This document shows positions 40,624-50,080 of a DNA stretch of 59,095 bases, in pieces. The notes under the pieces are model-generated. The model searched no databases. It was not told the origin of the DNA and worked only from the letters and a program-made list of their open reading frames with translations. The DNA comes from Candidatus Nanohaloarchaea archaeon (GTDB lineage Archaea; Nanohalarchaeota; Nanosalinia; Nanosalinales; Nanosalinaceae). The stretch spans positions 1 to 59,095 of the forward strand of contig JAWOFP010000045.1 of assembly GCA_046497485.1 (NCBI GenBank), read 5' to 3'. Within the stretch, counting starts at the first letter, position 1. Each line of letters starts with the position of its first letter. Made by a program: the position numbers and the translations under genes.

Positions 40624-41425
40624 AATACTGTTACTTATCGGAATAATCGTCATAACTTCAGGATGTCTCGACCAAATAAACAACGGGAACAATAACAATC
40701 AAGAATTACCGAACAGAGGCCTTGTAATCGAGGATTTTACAGTTACAGACCAGGAATTAAGGCCTGAGCAGCAGGCAGTAGTTAGAGCAGACTTCAAAAA
40801 TTATCACGAGGAAATTGATGTACAGAATATTGAACTCCAGCCAGGGACTCGTTTGGATGTAAGTAGTGAGGGCTGTAGTCCCGAGCCAAGTGAGCTTGAA
40901 GGAGCAGGTAACGGTATTGCACCTACTATGTCATGCACCTGGACAGTTGAAGCCCCCCAAGAGGGAGACGCTGATGTTTATCAAGGAGGAGTCTCAGAGA
41001 GCTTACAGTTAAGAGCAGAGTACGAGGCCTCGATGGAGAATCAAGAGCCGATGAAATTAGATTTTAGCCCTGCGACCGATATTGAATCGACAAGCATAGT
41101 TTCTCAGTCATCCTCCAATGGAGAAATCTCACTAAGTTTAACTGCAGACAATCCTATCGCGATGAACGCAGGTACAGGTCTTGAAGTAGTAGCAGACAAT
41201 GACGGGCCTGGAAGATTACCTGAAGGCTTCAGTTTCGAGTTTGAGCCTGAGAGATTGTTTGATGACTGTGAATCCGGCAGAACCGAGGAAGGATTGCAGA
41301 ATGATCGAGTAAACTTTGTTTGCACGCTTAGCTCTTCTAATCAGGGCGTACAGAATGTTTTCGTTTCCACAGATTATAAATACATCAAATCACCAGTTAT
41401 AGACATAACAATTGTGGATCGCTAA
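40613..41425 (+). CDS. Putative lipoprotein, paralog 2 of 3 (270 aa)
   Basis: Signal VITSGCLDQ, with AEYEASMENQEPMKLDF mid-protein and STDYKYIKS near the C-terminus. It overlaps the upstream gene by 11 nt. Confidence 0.65.
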   Translation: METKILLLIGIIVITSGCLDQINNGNNNNQELPNRGLVIEDFTVTDQELRPEQQAVVRADFKNYHEEIDVQNIELQPGTRLDVSSEGCSPEPSELEGAGNGIAPTMSCTWTVEAPQEGDADVYQGGVSESLQLRAEYEASMENQEPMKLDFSPATDIESTSIVSQSSSNGEISLSLTADNPIAMNAGTGLEVVADNDGPGRLPEGFSFEFEPERLFDDCESGRTEEGLQNDRVNFVCTLSSSNQGVQNVFVSTDYKYIKSPVIDITIVDR

Positions 41426-42462
41426 TGGAAAAAAATACTAAACTTTTGATGGTACTTGTAAGCGCAGTTTTAATCACTTCAGGATGTATGGAAGGAGGTG
41501 AAAGCGAGGCCTCTACAGAGGCAGTCTCAATCAGTGACTTCAGTATTACCCCTAATCCCTCGCCAGGAGGTCAGCAAGCCACCCTCCAGATGCAGGTAGA
41601 GAATGCCGGAGATGCCGTAGCTACCGATGTAAGAGCTAATCTATTTGGACCTACTATAGGCGATGGCACAAGAACTTGGTCAGCGCTAGAAGGCACAAAG
41701 ATGGAGTTCAATGATCTTCAACCAGCTACAGATAACCAGCCAGCAATACCTCAGCAGGCCTCTCTTACAATGGAGACGCCTGAACTAGAGCAAGGAAGAG
41801 ATTTACCTTATGATTTTAATTCTCAGATATTTTACGGTTATGAGACTACAGCGTCTACATCTTTACAGGTCATGAGTCAGGAAAGATACCAGGAAACAGG
41901 CGCATCTCAAGAACAGACTTCTGTCAGCAACAGCAATGGTCCTATCCAGCTTAGTGTACAGGGTACAACACCAATAGTTTTCCAGCCTGATACGGGAGGA
42001 GAGAGAACAAGCGATTTATGTATAACAGTGACAAACAGTGGAAGCGGATTACCTTTCAATCCGGGAGCACTTCCTACTGAAGACAGTTCCGATATTGATG
42101 ACGATGATGAGAATAATGTCGAACTGGAAATTGAAAATGTAGGAAACATTGTATTTACCGCTGAAGAAGATGGAGAAGTAGAAACGGAAGATGGAGTAGC
42201 AACTAGTGTAGATATTATAGGAAATGAAGGTTTTCACTGCTTCACAATGACAGCAGCAGGCCTAGGGGACATCACAACTTTAGAACAGACTGCAAACATT
42301 GAGATAGATGCAGATTATGGGTACAGAGAAGAGACAGCAACTTCAGTAACTGTAGAAGGGCGCGGAACATCTTCATCAGGCAGCTCAGACACAGGTTCAA
42401 GCTCTTCAGATGATTCTGAAGACAATGAAGGTCCCGGTGCGCCGCCAACTCCAGGAGAGTGA
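41425..42462 (+). CDS. Putative lipoprotein, paralog 3 of 3 (345 aa) with a Ser/Gly/Asp-rich tail
   Basis: Signal LITSGCMEGGE, with FYGYETTASTSLQV mid-protein and DADYGYREE near the C-terminus. The tail is SSSGSSDTGSSSSDDSEDNEG. Confidence 0.65.
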   Translation: MEKNTKLLMVLVSAVLITSGCMEGGESEASTEAVSISDFSITPNPSPGGQQATLQMQVENAGDAVATDVRANLFGPTIGDGTRTWSALEGTKMEFNDLQPATDNQPAIPQQASLTMETPELEQGRDLPYDFNSQIFYGYETTASTSLQVMSQERYQETGASQEQTSVSNSNGPIQLSVQGTTPIVFQPDTGGERTSDLCITVTNSGSGLPFNPGALPTEDSSDIDDDDENNVELEIENVGNIVFTAEEDGEVETEDGVATSVDIIGNEGFHCFTMTAAGLGDITTLEQTANIEIDADYGYREETATSVTVEGRGTSSSGSSDTGSSSSDDSEDNEGPGAPPTPGE

Positions 42463-42468
42463 TTATTA

Positions 42469-43956
42469 ATGAAAAAGATAGCCATTTTCTTTTCCTTAAT
42501 TATTTTTACAGTTTCTTCTTCAGCAATTATGCTGGATCAGGGTTGGAATACTATATCAGTTAATTCAGAGTTTGATATCTCAGATGCAATAGAGAAAAAT
42601 AATAACTGTGAGTTTGAGAGATATCAAGGAGAGTACATCTGGAAATATGATAATAGACAGGACGATTGGACTCATCCAGATACACTGCAGCCTGAAGACG
42701 GATTCTATCTATATACCGACAATAACTGTGAACTGGAAGTTGACCAGAGTACCGAAAACAATATTGACAATTTAGAAATGGATTCAGGATGGAACATGAT
42801 AGGCGCTTCACACGACCAACTTTCGAGAGTTCAATCAAGCTGCGATATTAACCCTCATTTAAACAATGGAGACTTCAGTTTTCTCCTCAACGGAGAATGG
42901 TACCATCCTCTAATATCGGCATCGGAGATGGAAAACAGAGGTTACTGGCTGAATCTTAATGAAGGGGACTGCCAAGTTAACTTTGATGAAGAGCTCGATG
43001 AACCTGAAGAAGAACCTATTGAAGACAGCTACCTTGAGTTCAATGATGCAGAAATAGTATCGGAAACAGTTTCAGCAGATGGTGAAAACCTAGATGTGGA
43101 TTTCAGCTTTGACAGAGATTCAGCCACTGAAAACGATGTTGAGGCTAAAGTAGGTCTTCACATAGATGAGAGTAGTTCTCCGGTGAAGACTTTTGAGTTA
43201 TCTGATAAGAGAGATCAGACAGTTTCAGCTAACTGGAAAAATATATGGGAAGAAGTTGGAGAAAGCAGTGGAGATTCTTCTGCCCAGCTTGTTCTTCAAA
43301 AGAAGACTGAAGGTGAGTTTAGGTGGAACAGAGATAGTATAGATGTTGGAGAGTTTACAGTTGAGAGATGTAGCAGTTTCAATCCAGAGACCAGTAATAA
43401 CTGGGAGCTGACCTATGAGCCAGATAATGAGGAAAGGTGCCTAGATAAGGTGAAAGCAGGAGAAAGCTCCGATGGAAGCCAAGGACTATTGATAAGATCC
43501 AACCAGGGCGGAGTAGCAGGATCAGTTGAACTTAGAAAAGTATATCGTGATACTGAGGGAACTGAGAGACTGACAATTGATCTTACCAAGCTAAAAGATT
43601 CAAGCCAGATAAGAACTTCGAATATCGAGATCAGACATTTCAAAGGTGGAGAAGGAGACGGGTGGAATACGGTTCTAGAAGACGAGGTATATAATCTGGA
43701 CCCACAGTCAGTTAAACTGGACTTCAGTAAGGCCTTGAGCGGAACTCATCCATATAATATCGTGGAAGTCACTGTTGAGAATAATAGATATAGTTCCAGT
43801 ATGGATCCCCTGGAGATAGAAGGAGATCTACAGTTTGAGAGGTATCCTGAAGATGGGTCAGGGACATGTCAGCCAGGTCAGACTTGGTGTGGAGATGGAA
43901 GCGGCGGAGGAACTTGTATTGATGATGAAAGTTACAGTCCAGGCCTCTGCTACTAA
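42469..43956 (+). CDS. Secreted hypothetical protein (495 aa) with a duplicated N-terminal GWN module and a Cys-rich C-terminus
   Basis: It has a Sec-type signal (IFFSLIIFTVSSSA). There are two similar ~85-aa modules (LDQGWNTISVN..C..W..GFYLY..C and MDSGWNMIGAS..C..W..GYWLN..C). The C-terminus is GTCQPGQTWCGDGSGGGTC. Confidence 0.6.
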   Translation: MKKIAIFFSLIIFTVSSSAIMLDQGWNTISVNSEFDISDAIEKNNNCEFERYQGEYIWKYDNRQDDWTHPDTLQPEDGFYLYTDNNCELEVDQSTENNIDNLEMDSGWNMIGASHDQLSRVQSSCDINPHLNNGDFSFLLNGEWYHPLISASEMENRGYWLNLNEGDCQVNFDEELDEPEEEPIEDSYLEFNDAEIVSETVSADGENLDVDFSFDRDSATENDVEAKVGLHIDESSSPVKTFELSDKRDQTVSANWKNIWEEVGESSGDSSAQLVLQKKTEGEFRWNRDSIDVGEFTVERCSSFNPETSNNWELTYEPDNEERCLDKVKAGESSDGSQGLLIRSNQGGVAGSVELRKVYRDTEGTERLTIDLTKLKDSSQIRTSNIEIRHFKGGEGDGWNTVLEDEVYNLDPQSVKLDFSKALSGTHPYNIVEVTVENNRYSSSMDPLEIEGDLQFERYPEDGSGTCQPGQTWCGDGSGGGTCIDDESYSPGLCY

Positions 43957-43996
43957 ATTGAAAAGAAATGAGAAAAATAAGAAGGAAGAAATGAGG

Positions 43997-45721
43997 TTAC
44001 CATTCTCTTACGAGAATGACTGCAGTGATTACGAGGCCTGCGAGGATTGCTGCTATTCCTCTTGAAATGTTGTCTGCTTCGGTTATTGCCTGATATAGGC
44101 CTGAAGCGCTGCTTGAGAATCTTCCTACGAAGCGGCCTTCATTGCTTCTGATGGCTTCTTCTACTTCTTCGTTTATCACTAGGTCGACTTTCTGTGTTGC
44201 TCTGACTTCGTTTCCTTCTGCTACTGCTGTGATTTCTACTTCTCCTTTCTTCTCGAAAGGTACTCCTGCATACATGTAAACTGTCTCTGTCTGTCCAGGA
44301 CCTACTGTGACTTCTTCAGGCCTAATAGATATCCATTCAGGGCCTTGGTGTGTTAGTCTGTAAGTGTTCTCTCTTGTTCCAGGGTTTTCCACGTTGATCT
44401 CGTATATGGTGGACATGTTTTCTCCTGCTGAAGCAATTTCAGGCACAACATCTAGACCTATATCCCAGCAGTTTTCGACTGTTAAAGTTGTCTCATCCGA
44501 GTTTGTTGGCTCGTCAAATGTTGTAGCCTGAGATTCTAGATTTACTGTGTGTTCTCCGTCATCCATTCCTGAACTATTCACTGTTAGGCCGACTTCCTCC
44601 GAATCTCCAGCATCTAAAGTTAGCTGGTCTTCTTCTAAGGCTCCTATGTTGCTTGAGAGATTGTATGTCTCTTCTGCTTCTCCATCATTCTCTATCTCTG
44701 CTTCGTACTCTGCAGATTCATCTCTGCAAACTGTTGTAGACTCATCAAATGTAACGTCGGAACTCATTCCATTATATGAATTGACTGATACAGTCTGTGA
44801 GGATTCAGAGTTTCCTTCTGCATTTACTGTTATATCCTGTTCTCCGACATCCTCTGGTGTGAAGCTAAGAGTGGCAGTCTCTGTGGAGTCTGCATCTACA
44901 TCTAGAACAGTCTCTGATAATTCTCCTCTGTCTGTGGTTAATGCAAATTCATCGTCTCTGGTTCCATCATTTCTTACTGTCACATCGAACTGTGACTCGG
45001 TAAATGCTGCTGCATCCTGTGTTTCTGGACTGATAGATACCTCAGAGTCGAAACAGTTTTCTGAATTGAATTGCACATTCATTGTTTCTGTTGCATAGCT
45101 AGTTGTAGACGATGCTTTGACGTTGAAGTTTTCCTCGGCGACTTCTTCGGAAGAGGCAGTTAATACTACTGTAGTAGATTCTCCCTGATCAAGGTTTACT
45201 CTATCCCTATCCAGTTCTCCATATTCAGTTGTCAATGCGAATTCCTCCTGCTGGAGTCCTTCATTAGTGACATCTATCTCATAGTTTGCGGTTTCTCCTC
45301 TACATACAACTGCCGAGTCAGAACCTGATACAGATACTTCGTGGTCCTTAATTACGTTTACACGGCCCGAAGTTGAGTAAGTTTGTCCATCTGCACTAGA
45401 ATCTGCGTCAATCCTGAAACTGTAGGTTCCTGCGTCTCTATCAACTCTAGGATTGAACCATACATTGAATGTCTCGGTCTCCCCTGATTCAAGCTCGATC
45501 TGAGTCGGAGCTACAGAAATTTCTCCAGGATAATTGTGCTGGATCTCATAGGTATCCTTTACAGGCCCGACATTCTGGATGTCGACCTCGTAAGATGTGA
45601 AGGAGTTAATCTCAGTGCTTGATTCCTCCGGGAAAATTGTTAATTCTGCTTGGCTCGCCGTTGCGAGGCCTAATAGTATAGTTGTTGTTATTAGTAAAGT
45701 TGCAAGTTTGGAAACCTTCAT
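43997..45721 (-). CDS. Cell-surface repeat protein (~574 aa): signal peptide, about five CARDB/S-layer-like beta-sandwich repeats, and a C-terminal transmembrane anchor
   Basis: The likely start is MKVSKLATLLITTTILLGLATASQA (ATG at 45721). Repeat units have the form EFALTTEYGELDRDRVNLDQGESTTVVL, EFALTTDRGELSETVLDVDADSTETATL and TYNLSSNIGALEEDQLTLDAGDSEEVGL. The C-terminal anchor is AAILAGLVITAVILV. Confidence 0.7.
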   Translation of the reverse strand: MKVSKLATLLITTTILLGLATASQAELTIFPEESSTEINSFTSYEVDIQNVGPVKDTYEIQHNYPGEISVAPTQIELESGETETFNVWFNPRVDRDAGTYSFRIDADSSADGQTYSTSGRVNVIKDHEVSVSGSDSAVVCRGETANYEIDVTNEGLQQEEFALTTEYGELDRDRVNLDQGESTTVVLTASSEEVAEENFNVKASSTTSYATETMNVQFNSENCFDSEVSISPETQDAAAFTESQFDVTVRNDGTRDDEFALTTDRGELSETVLDVDADSTETATLSFTPEDVGEQDITVNAEGNSESSQTVSVNSYNGMSSDVTFDESTTVCRDESAEYEAEIENDGEAEETYNLSSNIGALEEDQLTLDAGDSEEVGLTVNSSGMDDGEHTVNLESQATTFDEPTNSDETTLTVENCWDIGLDVVPEIASAGENMSTIYEINVENPGTRENTYRLTHQGPEWISIRPEEVTVGPGQTETVYMYAGVPFEKKGEVEITAVAEGNEVRATQKVDLVINEEVEEAIRSNEGRFVGRFSSSASGLYQAITEADNISRGIAAILAGLVITAVILVREW

Positions 45722-45820
45722 TGTTTGGTGTGTCACCTATACATGATTACACCGACAAAATTTTAAATAAAGGCAGGGTAGAATTAGTTACTCTTAAGTA
45801 AAATAAAGAAAAAGAAAGGC

Positions 45821-48800
45821 CTATCTGTAACGAAGCCACATCATGAAACGGTCCAGACGAGAAGGTTCTCGATCAGTTCCCCCTGAACTTAGATCGATAT
45901 CCTCGGTGTAAACCGTTCCGTCTTCAGACTCGACTCTCAGAGTTCCTGTAAACTCGCCTTCTTCCTTTGGAGTGAAGTAGAGGTACTCTGTCTTTCTCTC
46001 ACCACTATCCAAATGAACCTGTTTCCTACTCTGAGCCGTCCAGCTATCTGGAAGGCCTTCCAGGCTGATTTCATAATTCCTGAACTCTCTCTGATTGTTA
46101 TAGAGCTGGACTCTAACCATCCCGCTTCCAGATCTGACAGATGCTATCTGGTCAGGGAAGTTTCTGACCTCTGAATCCATCTCCATAACTTCAACTGAGG
46201 TAGACTTGGTAGATGACTGTCCTCTAGCGTAACCAACTACTTCATAGTCATAGTTGCCAGGCTTGGTTCTTCTATCGAAGCATACTTCTCCACGACCATA
46301 CTTTGAATCAACCTCTTCGCCATCTTCCTTAAGCACGACCAATGGACCTGAACTCTGTGACTCTACCTCTGCACATACCTCATATGTGTCACCCTCAAAT
46401 ACACGATCAGGGCTTGAAGAAGCGCTTACTACAGATACTGTCGGCAGCACATCTACCCTAGTATTTGCCTCCATCCCTGAAGCCTCAGCCGTCAAAGTCT
46501 GCTCACCAATACTACTTGGTTCCACATATAGTTCGTAGTATCCACTTGGATCTGTAGTCGCAGATCCCAGACTTCTATAACTATTACTTGAACCTATATT
46601 GACCTGAGTTCCTCTATCAACATCATCAACATAACCCGAGACTCTGACAGATTCTCCTACTCTAATCTGTGTAGGCCTAGCGCTTACTGAGATATCAGAG
46701 TCATCTTGATCTCCACAGTCTCTGACCTGGACGGTTTTTTCCCTTGAGCCGTCTCCAGTTGTGAAGCTGACTCTCTCATTCCCTGAACCTTCGACATTGA
46801 TGAACTCTATTGTTCTTGTAAAGCTTTCATCATCATCCAAGCTATAGCTTCTATCGATTTCATTCTCTAAGCCTGACGCCGACAAAGTAAATGTTCTATC
46901 TCTATCACCAGTATTCTCTATATCAAGTCTTGCGGTTACATCCTCGCCTCTGCAGACTGAGTTAGGCATCCTGATATCCTGAATCCTTATCTCTCCTTGT
47001 CCAATATCTCTATCTCTCGAATCCAGTTCTACCTCAATATTTCTATCTCTGTCAAGAGTAACAGTTCTGCTCTCTGATCTGTAATCATCAGCAGACACAA
47101 AGACTGAGTAAACCGATTCCTCTAAATTGAAGCCTGCTTCTCCATCACTATCAGTAGTTCTAGTTCTCCCATCTACCGATACTCTCGCATCCTCTATCTC
47201 ATCATCTGTCTCAGAATCCACAACGTCTACATCAAGATTATAGAACTCTGGATCGGCTTCTTCCGACCTGACATGGACTACTCGAGTCCTGTCATCAGTC
47301 CTACCTTGAGAGTCCTCTACCTCAAGATTGACTCTGTAAAAACCAGAGTCATCAAATTCATGAGTTACAGTTCTACCTGAAGCCGTCGAACCATCGTCAA
47401 ACTCCCAGTCATAGCTCTCAATATCTCCGCTCGACAGGCCTCCATTGAACTGCACGGTCTGATCTTCTAAAGGCCTTTCAGGACTGAAGCTGAAGTCTGC
47501 CTCAACCCCATCAACTTCGCTCAATGTCAATGAGATAGTTCTATCTCTATCAAGTTCTACATTATTTCTTACTCTGGTGCTGTAACCTGGTTTGGAAGCA
47601 ACTACATCATAGCTTCCTTCTTCCAAGTTCTCGATTGTTGCTACACCGTTTGATCTTGTGAATGCTGTCTCGCCCCCCACATTTACTTCTGCATTCTCTA
47701 AAGACGAGCCTGAACTGCTTAGAACAACAACATCTAGGTCAAATTCCTCTTCCGTATCCTCAGGCTCATCTTCCTCCTCCAGACATAAATTCTGAGGAGC
47801 GCTTCTGCTATCTGCAAGGTCTCCGCCAGACCTCAGTCTAGCGCTGAGACTGTAACACTCGCCAGCTTCCAGGCCTTCAGACAACAACTGATTATAAGAT
47901 CTATCGCGTTCCAAATCTCTCTGACTATCTCCAGGCACCGTTCTACTATCGGAACCGATCCTGTTTCCTCCGGCTCTCCAGTCAACCTGTACTGACGCAG
48001 AGCTACCGCCCTCATTTTCTACAGTAGATCTGAGCTCGGTTGATTCGCCCGGCCCTACACTATATCTTGAGGTAGAGACCGATTTGAACTCAACATCTGC
48101 ATCTTCAACAGATTCATCAGATTCTCTTACATTGATGTATGTAAAGTCTTCGTCATTTTCGGTTTCGACATCCGCCCTTCTATATCCAGAATCTCCGTCT
48201 TCAGTCTGCCATTTGAGCGTGCCGGTTTCGGACTCATCCGAATCAAGAGATACCCAGTCTCTGTCTCTTCTTTCCCCTCTAACATATAGTTCAACATACT
48301 GCGAGTCTTTACCCCCTCTATTCTCCACTTCGTAGTCAACTAAAGCAGTCTCCTCTTCATCTACAGGACTATTCGAATCGATATTTGTTATTCTGAATTC
48401 GGAGTCTTCTTCAGGCTCTTCTGGTTCATCCTCATCTTTCAGTACTTCAACTATTTCAGTCGCGTCATCGTTTTCAGATTGGACTTTGATGCTTCTATAT
48501 CCAGAGTCCCCATCTTCTGTATCCCATTCTAATTTTCCAGATTCAGATTCTCCAGGTTCAAGGTCTATATTAGAGTCTCTGTCCTGTCTCTGACCTCTAG
48601 CCCTAAGATCAATATCTTGAGAATCCTCTTGATCCCCTGTATTCGTAACAGTATAATCCACATATACAGATTCTCCTTCAGTAACTTTATCATCGAAATC
48701 ATCTATCTCTACATCAAAGTTAGCAGGATCATTGCTCTGGTCGCTTCCCTTGATATTTACAAATTTTGTCGCTTCATCATTTTCAGAACTTATCTTGATA

Positions 48801-50080
48801 TTCCTATAACCTGAATCTCCTTCTTCAGTATCCCATTCTAATGTGCCGGATTCAGATTCTCCAGGTTCCAAGTATGAAACATATTCTCTATCTCTTCGCT
48901 CATTTCTGGCATCCAATTCTACATACTGTGAATCTCTCTTGTCGCCAGTATTTGTGACAGTGAAATCTACTTCCAAAGTTTCTCCTTCAGTCACTGATTC
49001 AGCCCGATCTATCTCTACATCAAAGTTAGCAGGATCTTCGGGTTCATCTTCTTCTAAAAGCGTTACTGTCTGGCCTGAATTTCTTTCATCACCGCTTACT
49101 TCTTCCTCTGCAGATACATCATATTGCTTTCCAATTTCTAGGCCTGACTCTTGGAGCTCAGAGTAGTCTCTGTTCAAGGTAACTGTCCTAGAGTCTCCAG
49201 CATCAATATTCACATACTTTGAGCCTACCTTGATATCGTCTGCATACCAGTTGATATCAGAATACCCATCGGCAGATCCTTCATTCTCTATTTCGGCCTC
49301 GAAAGTTGTCGATTGGCCTTCCTCTATTTCTTCATCTTTGATTGATACATCGTTAATTACGAAATCAGACTCTGCTTCTTCCACATTAAAGCTTTCTTCA
49401 CGAGAGATGAGTTTTCCATCCGAGGCCTCTATCTCTGCCACGATTTTATTTGCAGTGGCTCCTTCAACCGGTTCAAACTCTCCTTCAGCCGAACATCTTT
49501 CTCTCTCAGTTCCCAGCCTCGGATTCCAATAACAATCACTCGACCCTATCTCCTCCTGTTTAAAACCATTTTTATAGTATTCATAGTAGATATCTAGGTT
49601 TCTACTCCATAAATTGCCTCTAGAATCATAGGCTTCAGCATTTACTGTATATGTTTCTCCTAGCTTCGCTGGGTCTGGAAGCTCCGAGAAAGTCATACTT
49701 GTAACTCGTGATCCTACATCATCTTCTTCAGTAATATCTATAAATTCTGTTCTTGAAGTTTCTAGTCCGTCCTCATCTTCAGCAGTTGCAGTAACAGATC
49801 TGTACCCCTCATTATCTATCGAAAAATTCCACTCTCTTTCACAGTATACCGGCTCACCACAGGATTTTTCCTGGATACCTTCGCCCCAGTTAAGACCCAT
49901 TATCTCTACTTCCTTGTCATCTACTTTAGAGCGAATAGTTACTGTTATTTCCTCCCCCTGTTCGGCCTGCTCAGGCATGTCAAATTCTGTTACCTCTATC
50001 TGATCCTGAGCTACCACAGGACTGGCAAATACTGCCAAAACCAGCATCGCAATTATTAGTATTTTATTTTTCATGAGCAA
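45821..50080 (-). CDS. Giant secreted multi-domain surface protein (1419 aa) with CARDB-like repeats, two carboxypeptidase-regulatory-like domains and a PKD domain
   Basis: It has a signal peptide (ILIIAMLVLAVFASPVVAQ). The PKD-like segment is FSFSPERPLEDQTVQFNGG...YDWEFDDGSTASGRTVTHEFDDSGFYRVNLEVED (about 47267-47503). The CarboxypepD_reg-like segments are AEVNVGG..TRSNGVATIENLEEGSYDVVASKPGY and ARVSVDGRTRTTDSDGEAGFNLEESVYSVFVSADDY. Confidence 0.75.
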   Translation of the reverse strand: MLMKNKILIIAMLVLAVFASPVVAQDQIEVTEFDMPEQAEQGEEITVTIRSKVDDKEVEIMGLNWGEGIQEKSCGEPVYCEREWNFSIDNEGYRSVTATAEDEDGLETSRTEFIDITEEDDVGSRVTSMTFSELPDPAKLGETYTVNAEAYDSRGNLWSRNLDIYYEYYKNGFKQEEIGSSDCYWNPRLGTERERCSAEGEFEPVEGATANKIVAEIEASDGKLISREESFNVEEAESDFVINDVSIKDEEIEEGQSTTFEAEIENEGSADGYSDINWYADDIKVGSKYVNIDAGDSRTVTLNRDYSELQESGLEIGKQYDVSAEEEVSGDERNSGQTVTLLEEDEPEDPANFDVEIDRAESVTEGETLEVDFTVTNTGDKRDSQYVELDARNERRDREYVSYLEPGESESGTLEWDTEEGDSGYRNIKISSENDEATKFVNIKGSDQSNDPANFDVEIDDFDDKVTEGESVYVDYTVTNTGDQEDSQDIDLRARGQRQDRDSNIDLEPGESESGKLEWDTEDGDSGYRSIKVQSENDDATEIVEVLKDEDEPEEPEEDSEFRITNIDSNSPVDEEETALVDYEVENRGGKDSQYVELYVRGERRDRDWVSLDSDESETGTLKWQTEDGDSGYRRADVETENDEDFTYINVRESDESVEDADVEFKSVSTSRYSVGPGESTELRSTVENEGGSSASVQVDWRAGGNRIGSDSRTVPGDSQRDLERDRSYNQLLSEGLEAGECYSLSARLRSGGDLADSRSAPQNLCLEEEDEPEDTEEEFDLDVVVLSSSGSSLENAEVNVGGETAFTRSNGVATIENLEEGSYDVVASKPGYSTRVRNNVELDRDRTISLTLSEVDGVEADFSFSPERPLEDQTVQFNGGLSSGDIESYDWEFDDGSTASGRTVTHEFDDSGFYRVNLEVEDSQGRTDDRTRVVHVRSEEADPEFYNLDVDVVDSETDDEIEDARVSVDGRTRTTDSDGEAGFNLEESVYSVFVSADDYRSESRTVTLDRDRNIEVELDSRDRDIGQGEIRIQDIRMPNSVCRGEDVTARLDIENTGDRDRTFTLSASGLENEIDRSYSLDDDESFTRTIEFINVEGSGNERVSFTTGDGSREKTVQVRDCGDQDDSDISVSARPTQIRVGESVRVSGYVDDVDRGTQVNIGSSNSYRSLGSATTDPSGYYELYVEPSSIGEQTLTAEASGMEANTRVDVLPTVSVVSASSSPDRVFEGDTYEVCAEVESQSSGPLVVLKEDGEEVDSKYGRGEVCFDRRTKPGNYDYEVVGYARGQSSTKSTSVEVMEMDSEVRNFPDQIASVRSGSGMVRVQLYNNQREFRNYEISLEGLPDSWTAQSRKQVHLDSGERKTEYLYFTPKEEGEFTGTLRVESEDGTVYTEDIDLSSGGTDREPSRLDRFMMWLRYR
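48116..49036 (-). repeat. Three tandem ~100-codon intragenic repeats within the 1419-aa gene
   Basis: The units are DPANFDVEIDRAESVTEGE...SGYRNIKISSENDEAT, DPANFDVEIDDFDDKVTEGE...SGYRSIKVQSENDDAT and SEFRITNIDSNSPVDEE...SGYRRADVETENDEDF. The DNA string tctctacatcaaagttagcaggatc is identical at about 48706-48730 and 49012-49036. Confidence 0.8.
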
